Positions 20,369-30,021 of a stretch of 64,000 nucleotides of DNA are shown in pieces. A program made the translations under genes and the position numbers. Below the pieces are notes generated by a model. It searched no databases and was not told the DNA's origin. It worked only from the letters and a program-made list of their open reading frames with translations. The stretch is from an uncultured Candidatus Binatia bacterium (GTDB lineage: Bacteria; Desulfobacterota; Binatia; UBA9968; JAJDTQ01), in assembly GCA_965215605.1 (NCBI GenBank), contig OZ244070.1, positions 2,048,001 through 2,112,000 of the forward strand. Reading direction: 5' to 3'. Numbering within the stretch: position 1 is the first letter of the stretch; each line of letters starts with the position of its first letter.

Positions 20369-20460
20369 TTACAAATGCCTGGTTATAGTCGTTGTAAATG
20401 CCAGGTCATCTACGTTATAAATAATCGGTCAGATCCGTTTCAGATGCCCGGTCAGTATTG
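20369..20460. promoter_or_regulatory. Four direct repeats at 23-bp period (TTnnAAATGCCnGGTCA)
   Basis: AAATGCCTGGTTA 20373, AAATGCCAGGTCA 20396, AAATAATCGGTCA 20419, AGATGCCCGGTCA 20442. Confidence 0.8.
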
Positions 20461-20486
20461 CCGAAGCCAAGTGGGACGAGAACGAA

Positions 20487-21734
20487 ATGTACATGCCGCG
20501 GATCGCAGACAAGGAGCTTGCCGATCGCCTGGGGGCCGCCGGGGCCGTGCTGATTGAGGGTCCGAGAGCCTGCGGCAAGACTGAAACAGCCCGTCAGCAG
20601 GCCGCCAGCGAAGTGCAACTCGACGTCGACGAGAACGCTCGCCACGCCATGGCCATCGATCCCGCACTGGTGCTGGAAGGAGACAGCCCGCGGTTGATCG
20701 ACGAGTGGCAGATCGAGCCTGCCATCTGGAACCATGTCCGGCGCGCCGTGGATCGGAGGCGCAGCCCCGGACAGTTCATACTGACCGGCTCGGCAGTGCC
20801 CGCCGATGACATCACCCGCCACACCGGCGCGGGCCGAATATCCCGCATCAGGCTGCGCACCATGAGCTCCTTCGAAGCGGGATTTTCCACTGGCCAGGCG
20901 GCTCTTTCAGACCTGATGCGCGGCCGGTTCGAGGGTTGCTCGCGCCAGGGCACCACGCTGGCGGAACTCGTCGCGCACCTGAGCCGGGGCGGTTGGCCGG
21001 GCGACCTGAAACTGGCGGACCCGGCGTGCATGACAGCCCGCATCGACTATCTGGAGGAAATCCGTCGAGTCGACATTGTCCGGGTTGACGGCGTTTCCCG
21101 GAATCCGGACCATGTCGCCCGCGTGCTGCAATCGCTCGCGCGAAACGTGGGAACGCCGGTCAGCGGGCGCACCATCGCCGCGGACGCCGGCGGGGGCGAC
21201 GGCCCGTTGGACGAGGACACCGTGCGCGGTTACCTCGCTGCTCTGCGGCGGTTGATGGTGTACGAAGAGCAGCCGGCGTGGTCGCCGCGGCTTCGCTCCA
21301 GGTCCACGCTGCGGCGTTGGCCGAAACGGCACTTTGTCGACCCCTCGCTGGCGGTGGCGGCCCTTGGTGCAACGCCGCCACGGTTGTTGGCGGACCTCAA
21401 CTTCCTGGGTCTGTTGTTCGAATCCATGGTGTATCGGGACCTTTCCATTTATTCTCGTGTGTGCGACGCGAACGTCTATCACTACCGCGACAACACCGAC
21501 CTCGAAGTCGACACCGTGGTGCAGAACCGTCAAGGAGACTGGTGCGCCTTCGAGGTGAAGCTCGGCGCCGGACAGGTGGACGCCGCGGCGGCGTCTCTGT
21601 TGAAGTTCCGGGAACGGGTGGACTCGGCCGCGGTCGGCGAACCTCAAATGCTTGGCGTTATCGTGAGTTCCGGTTATGGCTATGTCCGTAACGACGGCAT
21701 CGCCGTCATCCCCATTGCCGCGCTGGGCCCATGA
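20487..21734 (+). CDS. AAA_14/DUF4143 ATP-binding protein (copy 2)
   Basis: GPRACGKT, IDEWQ, ILTGSA, GGWP, PKRHFVDPSL, EVD..FEVK. Confidence 0.9.
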   Translation: MYMPRIADKELADRLGAAGAVLIEGPRACGKTETARQQAASEVQLDVDENARHAMAIDPALVLEGDSPRLIDEWQIEPAIWNHVRRAVDRRRSPGQFILTGSAVPADDITRHTGAGRISRIRLRTMSSFEAGFSTGQAALSDLMRGRFEGCSRQGTTLAELVAHLSRGGWPGDLKLADPACMTARIDYLEEIRRVDIVRVDGVSRNPDHVARVLQSLARNVGTPVSGRTIAADAGGGDGPLDEDTVRGYLAALRRLMVYEEQPAWSPRLRSRSTLRRWPKRHFVDPSLAVAALGATPPRLLADLNFLGLLFESMVYRDLSIYSRVCDANVYHYRDNTDLEVDTVVQNRQGDWCAFEVKLGAGQVDAAAASLLKFRERVDSAAVGEPQMLGVIVSSGYGYVRNDGIAVIPIAALGP

Positions 21735-21766
21735 TCCGGCCAGCCGACCACGGAGAGGAGCAATCC

Positions 21767-22930
21767 ATGCCCGGCCCCCTGAACGACATCCGCGTGGTGG
21801 ATTTCACCCACGCCCTGAACGGTCCCTTCTGCACCATGCTGCTGGGGCATCTGGGAGCCGAGGTCATCAAGATCGAGCCGCCCCAGGGCGACAACTTCCG
21901 GCGCTCCTGGACGGCGCCGGACGCGGGCAAGGACGGCTACGAGTTCCTGTGGATCAACGTCAACAAGAAGAGCGTGGTGCTGAACCTCAAGAGCGCGCGC
22001 GGCGTCGAGCTGGCGCAGGAGATCATCGCCCGCGCGGACGTGCTGGTGGAGAACTACCAGAAGGGCACCATGGAGCGGTTCGGGCTCGACTACGACTCCC
22101 TTAAGGAGGCGAACCCGCGCCTGATCTACGCCTGCTCCCGCGGATACGGCGAGTGGGGTCCCTACGCCGACTACGGCAACACCGCCGCCACCAACAATAG
22201 CATGACCGGCTGGACCCACACCGCCTGGGAGTACGCCGGCGCGAAAGGCACCAAGTCGCTGGGCATCGGCGACGAGGCCGCCGGCGTCAGCATGACCGTG
22301 GGCATCCTGGCGGCGCTCCACGCCCGTGAGCGCACCGGCGAGGGCCAGCGCATCGTGGTGTCCATGCAGGAGGCGGTGCTGGGCTTCATGGTCAGCTCCA
22401 TGCACGAGCACTTCACCGGCCAAATGGTGGGCAACACGCCCATGGAGGTTGCCGACGGCTACTTCACGTTGCGGATACCTCACATGGACGACGGCGGCTG
22501 GAGCCGGCTGGCGGAGAGGATGGGGCGGCCCGAGCTGGCGAAGGACCCGCGCTTCGCGATTGCCGCCGCCCGGCGCGAGCACAAGGACGAGTTGGACCGG
22601 CTCGTCCGGAACTGGGCGAAAACGCGCACCCGGCAGGAGCTGTGGGACGCCGTCCGCGACCTCGGCTACTTCGGCGCGCCCGTCCTGTCCAAGGCCGAGG
22701 TCCGGGACGACCCCCACATCAAGGCGCGCAACGCCTTCATCGAGCGCGACCATCCCACCGCCGGCCCCACCACCTTGCTGGCGCCGTGGATCCACATGTC
22801 CCAAACGCCGGCCTCCATCCGCGCCGACGCCCCGGCCATTGGCCAGCATACCGACGAGGTGCTGGGAGGGCTGTTGAACCTAACGGAGGCGGATTTGGCG
22901 GATCTGCGCAACACCGCGGTCATCCGTTAA
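21767..22930 (+). CDS. Family III CoA transferase (CaiB/BaiF)
   Basis: GPLNDIRVVDF, GAEVIKIEP, NKKSVVLNLK, ADVLVENY, NPRLIY, GQHTDEVL. Confidence 0.92.
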   Translation: MPGPLNDIRVVDFTHALNGPFCTMLLGHLGAEVIKIEPPQGDNFRRSWTAPDAGKDGYEFLWINVNKKSVVLNLKSARGVELAQEIIARADVLVENYQKGTMERFGLDYDSLKEANPRLIYACSRGYGEWGPYADYGNTAATNNSMTGWTHTAWEYAGAKGTKSLGIGDEAAGVSMTVGILAALHARERTGEGQRIVVSMQEAVLGFMVSSMHEHFTGQMVGNTPMEVADGYFTLRIPHMDDGGWSRLAERMGRPELAKDPRFAIAAARREHKDELDRLVRNWAKTRTRQELWDAVRDLGYFGAPVLSKAEVRDDPHIKARNAFIERDHPTAGPTTLLAPWIHMSQTPASIRADAPAIGQHTDEVLGGLLNLTEADLADLRNTAVIR

Positions 22931-22937
22931 GGCACAG

Positions 22938-22960
22938 GTAGGGGCGACCGGCGGTGGCCC
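22938..22960. repeat. GTAG-type REP, family D
   Basis: gtaggggcgaccggcggtggccc; reverse copy at 33142-33165. Confidence 0.7.
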
Positions 22961-23006
22961 TTGTTGGGCATCCACGGCAGCCGCCACCAACGGCACGGTC
23001 TCGGGA

Positions 23007-23645
23007 TCAGTCTTCGGGCGTTTTGTCCGGGAACTCGCACAGGTCGGCGATGACGCAGCGCGGGCACTCGGGCTTGCGCGCCTTGCAGACGTAGCGGCCG
23101 TGGAGGATGAGCCAGTGGTGGGCGTCCTTGCGGAATTCCGGCGGCGTCAGGCGGGTGAGGCGGGTCTCCACCTCCAGCGGAGTCTTTCCCTTTGCCATGC
23201 GCGTGCGGTTGGCGACGCGGAAGATGTGGGTGTCCACGGCGATGGCGGGCTCGCCAAAGGCGGTGTTGAGGATGACGTTGGCGGTCTTCCGGCCCACGCC
23301 GGGGAGCTTCTCCAGGGCCTCACGGGTGCGCGGCACCTGGCCGGCGTGCTCGTCAATGAGGATTCGGCAGGTCTTGATGATGTTCTCGGCCTTGCTGTTG
23401 AACAGCCCGATGGTGCGGATGTAGCGCTTGAGGCGGGTGGTGCCCAGCTTGAGGATCTTCTCGGGGGTATTGGCCACCGGGTACAACTTGGCCGTGGCCT
23501 TGTTCACGCTCACGTCGGTGGCCTGGGCCGACAGCACCACGGCGACCAGCAACTCGAAGGGATCGACCCAGTCCAGCTCGGTGGAGGGACTGGGGTTGTT
23601 TTCCTGGAGTCGCTCGTAAATGGCGGTACGCTTCTGCCTGTTCAT
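23007..23645 (-). CDS. nth: Endonuclease III
   Basis: LSAQATDVSVNKAT, HhH LPGVGRKTANV, AVDTH, C-x6-C-x2-C-x5-C [4Fe-4S] motif. Confidence 0.97.
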   Translation of the reverse strand: MNRQKRTAIYERLQENNPSPSTELDWVDPFELLVAVVLSAQATDVSVNKATAKLYPVANTPEKILKLGTTRLKRYIRTIGLFNSKAENIIKTCRILIDEHAGQVPRTREALEKLPGVGRKTANVILNTAFGEPAIAVDTHIFRVANRTRMAKGKTPLEVETRLTRLTPPEFRKDAHHWLILHGRYVCKARKPECPRCVIADLCEFPDKTPED

Positions 23646-23646
23646 G

Positions 23647-24765
23647 TCAGGGTATGTATTTCTCGTCCTGCAGGAAGAGCTCGCTGGGAATCTCGGTGCC
23701 CAACCCCTTTTCCTTGCATTGACTATAGATGAGGTGGCTTACGGCGGTAAACTGCACGCCGTCTCCACGCAGGACGAGCCCCGTGATCTGGCTGTCGGTC
23801 GTGCGGCCGGGGTGGTTTCCGGCGATGACGTCGCCCAGGAGCGGCAGCTTGTCCCACTCGATTTGCGTCGGCCGCGTGTACTGGTCCTTCCCGTGCTCGG
23901 GGATGGCTTCGGCGCCGCCGATGGCATACCGCATCCAACGCCGGCCGTGGCGGTTCATGGTCAGCACGTCGCAGCGTTCCCAGCCGGCGATCTCCAGTTC
24001 CACGTCCGAGACGTTGCTGACGAACTGACCCGGCTCCAGCCAGTCGGCCATCACCACCGGGTCCTTGGAGTTGGTGGCCATGTAGACGATGTCCGCTCCC
24101 CGGACCGCCGCGCGCGCGGAAGGAACCGGAACGATCTTGATTCCGGCCTCCTTTGACATCTGCTCCGCGAAGGTCTCCTTCTTGCCGGGAGTCGGGCTGT
24201 ACACCTTGATCTTGTCCAGGTTGCCGAGGGCTGCGAAACAATGAACGGCGCCCTGGGCCTGCCAGCCCGTTCCGACGAGGCCCACCGTGCGCGAATCCTT
24301 GCGTGCCAGGTATTTCGCGCCCACCGCTCCGGTGCCCGCCACCCGGAACTTCTGAAGATAGCCGTCATGGATGATGGCCAGCAGTTCGCCGGTGCGGGAG
24401 CTGTAGAGGTAGATAAGGCCGCAGAACCTTCCGTCCCTGCGGCCCGGCACGCGCCGCTGAAGCGTTCTGCCGTCCTGTTCGAAATAGGTGATGATATCGG
24501 AGTCGATGCGGTCCGTTGTCGCGTCCAGCTTGGCGATCGCGCCGCTCAGCGAGGTGAACGAGTGGTGTGTCGGGTTGCCTCCGCCTTCGGGAAACCTGGG
24601 GTAATCACGGTAGTCGTCGGGATCCCTCGGTGTAAACACCCTGTAGGGGGGCGCGTTGATGGCGCCGCCGGTCGCCAGCTCCCGCGCCGCCAGCTCCAAA
24701 GCCTCGTTGACCGCCGACGGGTCGAGGACCTTCTCCACGGTCGGATTGTCGATGATAAGTGTCAT
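23647..24765 (-). CDS. Ornithine cyclodeaminase/mu-crystallin family protein
   Basis: TGELLAI, RVAGTGAVGAKYLAR, GTGWQA Rossmann motif, ATNSKDPV, GRTTDSQIT. Confidence 0.88.
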   Translation of the reverse strand: MTLIIDNPTVEKVLDPSAVNEALELAARELATGGAINAPPYRVFTPRDPDDYRDYPRFPEGGGNPTHHSFTSLSGAIAKLDATTDRIDSDIITYFEQDGRTLQRRVPGRRDGRFCGLIYLYSSRTGELLAIIHDGYLQKFRVAGTGAVGAKYLARKDSRTVGLVGTGWQAQGAVHCFAALGNLDKIKVYSPTPGKKETFAEQMSKEAGIKIVPVPSARAAVRGADIVYMATNSKDPVVMADWLEPGQFVSNVSDVELEIAGWERCDVLTMNRHGRRWMRYAIGGAEAIPEHGKDQYTRPTQIEWDKLPLLGDVIAGNHPGRTTDSQITGLVLRGDGVQFTAVSHLIYSQCKEKGLGTEIPSELFLQDEKYIP

Positions 24766-24795
24766 GTCGCCTCCCAGACGTTGTGGCACCCCGCG

Positions 24796-26100
24796 TCAGT
24801 CGCTACGGCCGACCCCGCGGGTCCAGGGTCCGATCAACAGGGTCGTGGTGATTCCGGCGGCGCCTACCAGCACCAGAAGCAGCCACGGCACGTAGGCGTG
24901 GCTGTGGAAGTGGTCGACGAGGGCGCCGGCCATGTACGGACCGACGACGCCTCCCCACATGTAGAAGAAGCTCATGCTGCCGCGGATGGTGCCGAAGCGG
25001 CGCCGCCCGAAATAGTCTCCCACCGCAGCCCATATGACCGGTATCGATGAATCCAGCACGCTGAACAGCGTGGCGAACAGCAGCAACCCCCAGAGCGTGG
25101 TGCTCCACATCAGGACGAGGACCGCGATGAAGGAAAGCACCATGCACCAGGCCACCAGGCGTACCTTGTTGGTCTGATCGGCAATCCATCCCATGATGAA
25201 GTGGGCCACGATGTTCATGCCGTTGAACCACGACAGCGGGAGCGCCGCGGCCAGAGGCGTCAGGCCCTTCCACTCCATCAGGGGTATGAAATGCACGATG
25301 ACGGTGGTGTAGGCCGCGGTCCGGGTGGTCATCCACAGGACGAAGAGCCAGAAGACCGGGGTGCGCATGGCGCGGCCGGTTTCGTAGTCGGAGTCGCCAT
25401 GGGCCTCCGTCCCGTCATTCTCCGACCCGTCCTCTCCCTCCCCGGGCGGCGGGGTGGAAGACGACGCCGTCTCCGAGGATATTTGCAGGCCCATGCTTTC
25501 CGGCGACCGGCGGATCCTCAGGGCCAGGGGCGCGGCCACGAACAGGAACACGCATCCCGCGGTGAACGCGGCCGTTCGCCAGCCCCAGAAGTGGACGGCC
25601 ACCGCCAGCAGGACCGTGACGACGGTGCCGCCCACGGGCATGGCGGCGCTCAGACAGGTCAGCGCCCGCGCGCGGTAACGGCTGAACCAGTTGACGGCGA
25701 GCACCGCCGGAGCATGCACGAAGCCGGCCGTGAAGGTCAGGGAGATGACCCCGACGTAGATGATGAGGAAGCTCGCGTAGCTGTCGACGGTGGAGAAGAG
25801 AACGTAGCCGGCGCCGCACAACAGCGCCGCGGTCAGGATCACGGGCTTGGGGCCGAAGCGGTCGATGAGGTAGCCCGCCAGCGGGCCCTCGATGGCGCCC
25901 TCGGCCCGGGCCAGGGAGAAGGCCAGCGAAGTGGCCGCGTGGCTGATGCCCAACTCTTTCTGGATGGGAAGGAAGTAGACCGTGAAGCCGAAGCTGTGGA
26001 GTCCGCCGCCGATGGTGCGGATGAGGGCCGTCAGCCCGATCATCCGCCAGCCGTAGTAGAGGTCCGACAGCCGGCGGCGAAGACCCTTGATCGACTGCAA
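24796..26100 (-). CDS. MFS transporter
   Basis: YYGW start, GYLIDRFGPK motif A, about 12 hydrophobic segments. Confidence 0.9.
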   Translation of the reverse strand: MQSIKGLRRRLSDLYYGWRMIGLTALIRTIGGGLHSFGFTVYFLPIQKELGISHAATSLAFSLARAEGAIEGPLAGYLIDRFGPKPVILTAALLCGAGYVLFSTVDSYASFLIIYVGVISLTFTAGFVHAPAVLAVNWFSRYRARALTCLSAAMPVGGTVVTVLLAVAVHFWGWRTAAFTAGCVFLFVAAPLALRIRRSPESMGLQISSETASSSTPPPGEGEDGSENDGTEAHGDSDYETGRAMRTPVFWLFVLWMTTRTAAYTTVIVHFIPLMEWKGLTPLAAALPLSWFNGMNIVAHFIMGWIADQTNKVRLVAWCMVLSFIAVLVLMWSTTLWGLLLFATLFSVLDSSIPVIWAAVGDYFGRRRFGTIRGSMSFFYMWGGVVGPYMAGALVDHFHSHAYVPWLLLVLVGAAGITTTLLIGPWTRGVGRSD

Positions 26101-26180
26101 GCGGATTCACCCGCCGGGCGGCCGGTCCCTCGACGTTCGATTCGTTGTCGAGTCCGACAGGCCGCCCGTTCGGAGTTGAT

Positions 26181-28466
26181 TTAATTCCCGGCTTCCCGCA
26201 GCGCCCGCAGCACGTTCTCGGGGCTCAGGGGGAGCCTGCGGACGCGCACGCCGGTGGCGTTGTAGATGGCGTTGGCGATGCAGGCCATGGGCGGCACGGA
26301 GCCGATCTCTCCCGCGCCCTTGGTGCCGTAGGGTCCGGCGCCGGGGTAGCCCGGCACGGTGACGGCCTCGATGCGCGGCAGCATGTTGATGGTCGGCATC
26401 AGGTAGTCGACGAAGGTCGGGTTCAGCGTCCGCCCGTCGCCGTCGTGCACCACCTGCTCGCACAGCGCTTGGCCCAGGCTCATGGCCGCGGCGCCTTCGA
26501 TCTGGCCTTCTACCGCCTTGGGATGCACCACGAAGCCCACGTCATGCACGGCCACGTACTTCAAGATCTTCACGTTGCCGGTGTCGGCGTCCACCTCCAC
26601 CAAGGCGGCGTGGGTGGTGAAGGGCTGAGAACTGCCGCGCTCCCGCTCGTCGGCCTGGGAGGCCTTGGAGTCGAAGTAGCCGCGGCCGATGACGTCGCCG
26701 ATCTCGTTGTGTCCCGCGTTGCAGACCGACGCCAGCGACACCGACCGTGACGGCGCGCCCTTGACCTGGACCTGCCGGTCGACGATTTCCAGGTCCTCCG
26801 GGCTGGCCTCCAACTGTCCCGCGGCCATGCGCAGGATCTGTTCGCGGGCGTCCTCGGCCGCCAGCTTGACGGCGTTGCCGGAAACCAGCATCGAGCGGCT
26901 GCCCACGGTGCCCGCGTCCCAGGGACTGGCGTCCGTGTCCACGTTGAGCACGGTGACGTCGTCGGTGGAAATGCCCAGCACCTCGGCCACGATCATGGGG
27001 ATGCCGAAGGGGGCGGCGGTGCCATAGTCCACCTTGCCGATGTGCACCGTGGCGGAGCCGTCCTCGTTCATCTTGACCACCGCGCCGCCGCCGGGTCCCG
27101 CGCCCTCGATCCACGCCCCGGTGGCGAACCCGATGCCCTGGTTCTTTCCGAGCTTGACCTTGCCCCAGCCGATCTTCTCCTTGGCGAGGTTCAGGGTCTC
27201 GGCCAGCGAGCTGTCCCGCAGCTTGGGGACGCCGACGATGCCGTCGCCCTTCTCGGGCACGTTCTTCAGGCGGAACTCGATGGGGTCCATGCCCAGCTCG
27301 GCGGCGAGGGAGTCCATGTGGGATTCCATGGCGAAGGTGGCCTGGGGGCCGCCGGGGCCGCGCACCGGACCGCATACCTGCTTGTTGGTGTAGACGGTGA
27401 AGCCGTCCATGTGGATGTTGGGCAGGCGGTACCAGCCGCCCACCATCTGGGTGCAGCGGCCGCCGGCCTGGTTGCCGAAGCCCGAGTAGCCGCCGGCGTC
27501 GTACACCACCTTGCCCTGGCGCGCCACCAGGGTGCCGTCCTTCCTGGCGCCGGTCTTGATCCAGATCTTGCAGCCGGAGCGGATGGTGGTGGAGATGGTC
27601 TCTTCCGCCTTGTCCATGACGATCATCACCGGCTGCCCCGCGGTCAGCGCCAGCAGCGCGCAGATGGGCTCCAGGCCCGCGCTGGAGGTGACCCCGCTGC
27701 CCTTGCCGCCGAAGCCGCCGCCGATGCCGGTGGAGATGACCCGCACCTGGTTCAGGGGCAGTCCCACGAGGTTGGCGACTTCCGTGCGCACCGGGAAGGG
27801 CGCCTGGGCGTTGGCCCACACCGTGAGGCGGCCGTCCTCCTCGGGCCGGGCCGCGGCGATGCGCGGCTCCAGGTACTGGGGATGGATCATCCTGGTTTCG
27901 TAGACCTCGTCCACCACCACGTCGGCTTCCGCCATGGCGGCCTCGGCGTCGCCGATGTTCACCGCCGCGTAGCCGCAGACGTTCTTGACCTGCACGCCTT
28001 CCGGCAGGTTCTTGGGCAGCGGCATGTCCTCGTGGATGGTCGGCGCCGACTCCTTCATGGTCTCTTCCGGGTCCACCACCACCGGCAGCGGCTCGTAGGT
28101 GACCTTGATCTTCCCGAGCGCTTTCTTGACCAGCGCCTGGCTGTCCGCCGCCACCGCCGCCACCGGGTCGCCCATGTAGCGGACCTTGTCCTTGGCGAGG
28201 ATGTAGCGGTCGATGTAGGAGCGGCCGTAGCGCACGTCCGGCGCATCCGCGGCCGTCACCACCGCGCGCACGCCGGGGATGGCCTTGGCCTCGCTGGTGT
28301 CGATGCCGACGATTTTCGCGTGGGCATGCTCGCTCCGGAGCACGCCGCCGCTGAGGGCGTCGGGCAGGTTCAGGTCGATGCCGTAAACGCCCTTGCCGAC
28401 CACCCGCTCGACCCCGCCCTTGCGGGGCATGTCGGTTCCCAGGACGGTGTATTCAGCCTTTGCCAT
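26181..28466 (-). CDS. Xanthine dehydrogenase-family molybdopterin-binding subunit
   Basis: GGGFGGKG, VRGPG loop, QIEG, TKGAGE catalytic Glu, IANAIYNATG. Confidence 0.93.
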   Translation of the reverse strand: MAKAEYTVLGTDMPRKGGVERVVGKGVYGIDLNLPDALSGGVLRSEHAHAKIVGIDTSEAKAIPGVRAVVTAADAPDVRYGRSYIDRYILAKDKVRYMGDPVAAVAADSQALVKKALGKIKVTYEPLPVVVDPEETMKESAPTIHEDMPLPKNLPEGVQVKNVCGYAAVNIGDAEAAMAEADVVVDEVYETRMIHPQYLEPRIAAARPEEDGRLTVWANAQAPFPVRTEVANLVGLPLNQVRVISTGIGGGFGGKGSGVTSSAGLEPICALLALTAGQPVMIVMDKAEETISTTIRSGCKIWIKTGARKDGTLVARQGKVVYDAGGYSGFGNQAGGRCTQMVGGWYRLPNIHMDGFTVYTNKQVCGPVRGPGGPQATFAMESHMDSLAAELGMDPIEFRLKNVPEKGDGIVGVPKLRDSSLAETLNLAKEKIGWGKVKLGKNQGIGFATGAWIEGAGPGGGAVVKMNEDGSATVHIGKVDYGTAAPFGIPMIVAEVLGISTDDVTVLNVDTDASPWDAGTVGSRSMLVSGNAVKLAAEDAREQILRMAAGQLEASPEDLEIVDRQVQVKGAPSRSVSLASVCNAGHNEIGDVIGRGYFDSKASQADERERGSSQPFTTHAALVEVDADTGNVKILKYVAVHDVGFVVHPKAVEGQIEGAAAMSLGQALCEQVVHDGDGRTLNPTFVDYLMPTINMLPRIEAVTVPGYPGAGPYGTKGAGEIGSVPPMACIANAIYNATGVRVRRLPLSPENVLRALREAGN

Positions 28467-28490
28467 GGGTCTTGACTCCTTCCCACCCGT

Positions 28491-28961
28491 TTACGACATC
28501 CGCTTGGCGGCCAGTTCGACGGCGTCGAAGATCTTCGTGTAGCCCGTGCACCTGCAGATGTTTCCGGAGATGGCCTCCTCGACATCCTCGGCCGTGGGGC
28601 TCTTGGTGCGGTCCAGCAAGGCCTTGAGGGAGACGATGAAGCCCGGTGTGCAGTAGCCGCACTGCACCGCGCCGGTGTCGATGAAGGCCTGTTGCACCGG
28701 GTGCAGCTCGGCGCCGTCGGCGATGCCCTCCACCGTGACCAGGTCGGCCCCGGCCGCGTCCGCTCCCAGGACGACGCAGGAGTTCACCGGCTTGCCGTCC
28801 ATGATGATGGTGCAGGCGCCGCACTCGCCCGTGTTGCAGCAGAGCTTGACGCCCTTGTAGCCCAGCGTGTCGCGCAGGAAGTCCACCAGCGCGGTGGACG
28901 GCTCCAGCTCGGCCGTGTGAGTTTTGCCGTTTACCGTGAGTGTGATCTCCAGGCCCATCAC
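28491..28961 (-). CDS. (2Fe-2S)-binding small subunit of Mo-hydroxylase
   Basis: CNTGECGACT, NSC, QCGYCTPG, NICRCTGY. Confidence 0.95.
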   Translation of the reverse strand: MMGLEITLTVNGKTHTAELEPSTALVDFLRDTLGYKGVKLCCNTGECGACTIIMDGKPVNSCVVLGADAAGADLVTVEGIADGAELHPVQQAFIDTGAVQCGYCTPGFIVSLKALLDRTKSPTAEDVEEAISGNICRCTGYTKIFDAVELAAKRMS

Positions 28962-29827
28962 GCCACCTCCTTACCGGTTAACGCTTGCCAGCACTGTTCC
29001 AGCCCCCGGCGCGTCAGCGCGTCCACGATCCAGCCGCGGTACTCGCCGCTGCTGCGCTGGTCGGTGATGGGGCTCGACTCGGATGCCGAGCTTGCGCCGG
29101 CCTCCTTCAAGAGGGCCGCGTCAAGCGCCTTGCCCGAAACCAGCGCCTCGGTCTTCGGCGCGCGGACGGGCGTGGGCGCCACCGCCCCCAGGCCGATGCG
29201 GACATCGTCCAGGGCGGTCTTGTCTCCGTTGGTCCTCGCCATCACGGCGACTCCCACCATGGCGATGTCCATGGGGCCGCGCACCGCGTGCTTGAGGTAC
29301 ACGGCGTGGCTCCCGGCCGCGGGAAAGGGCACCGAGATGCCCGTGAGCAGGCCCTTGGAGCCGAGGCTGGTCTTGCCCGGCCCGCGGAAGAACGCGCTAA
29401 AGGGCTCGGTGCGGACGCCGTCGGAGAAGGTCACCTCGGCCGCGGCCTCCAGCACCAGCAGCGGCGTCAGGGTCTCGCCCGAAGGAGAGGCCCGGCAGAT
29501 GTTGCCGCCGATGGTGGCGGTGTTCCGGATCTGCAGCGAGGCGAACTGGTGCGCCGCCTGCCACAGCAGCGGCAGCCGCTCGCGCACGAGGTCGCTCTCC
29601 TCGAGCTCGTGGATGGTGGCCAGCGGGCCGATGTGGACGCCGCCGTTGCTCTCGCGGATAGCGTTCAGGTCCGGGATGCGCTTGATGTTCACGAGGCAAC
29701 CCGGCTCGTCGCTGTACTTGATGTCCACCATCACGTCGGTGCCGCCGGCGATGACCTCGGCCTGATCACCGTGCTGGTCCAGCAGCGCGAGCGCCTCGTC
29801 GACGGTCTTGGGTTCGAAGTAGTCCAT
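28958..29827 (-). CDS. FAD-binding medium subunit of Mo-hydroxylase
   Basis: AGGTD, QIRNTATIGGN, GAVAPTP. Confidence 0.93.
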   Translation of the reverse strand: MDYFEPKTVDEALALLDQHGDQAEVIAGGTDVMVDIKYSDEPGCLVNIKRIPDLNAIRESNGGVHIGPLATIHELEESDLVRERLPLLWQAAHQFASLQIRNTATIGGNICRASPSGETLTPLLVLEAAAEVTFSDGVRTEPFSAFFRGPGKTSLGSKGLLTGISVPFPAAGSHAVYLKHAVRGPMDIAMVGVAVMARTNGDKTALDDVRIGLGAVAPTPVRAPKTEALVSGKALDAALLKEAGASSASESSPITDQRSSGEYRGWIVDALTRRGLEQCWQALTGKEVA

Positions 29828-30021
29828 GGATTCCTGCTCCCGGCTGTAGTCTTGATATGTCCTTCGCCCGTGTGTCTGTGGGTTCTCTTAGCCCAGTCGC
29901 AGGGCAGATGGCAAGAAGGGCAGGGAGGGTTCCAGTTGTCCGGTCGCGGTGTTATTGTCGTGGCGGGCGCCGGCGCCGCCGAGGCGCACCCTTACTTGAC
30001 ATCCACTCCGGAGGAACGGCC

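Noticed and set aside
20369-20460. Possible mini CRISPR array
   Set aside because: Period is only 23 bp, repeats are degenerate, the variable parts are ~10 bp, and there are no cas genes; treated as binding sites
26181-29827. Aerobic CO dehydrogenase (coxMSL order)
   Set aside because: The large subunit lacks AYxCSFR or AYxGAGR; the loop reads VCGPVRGPG
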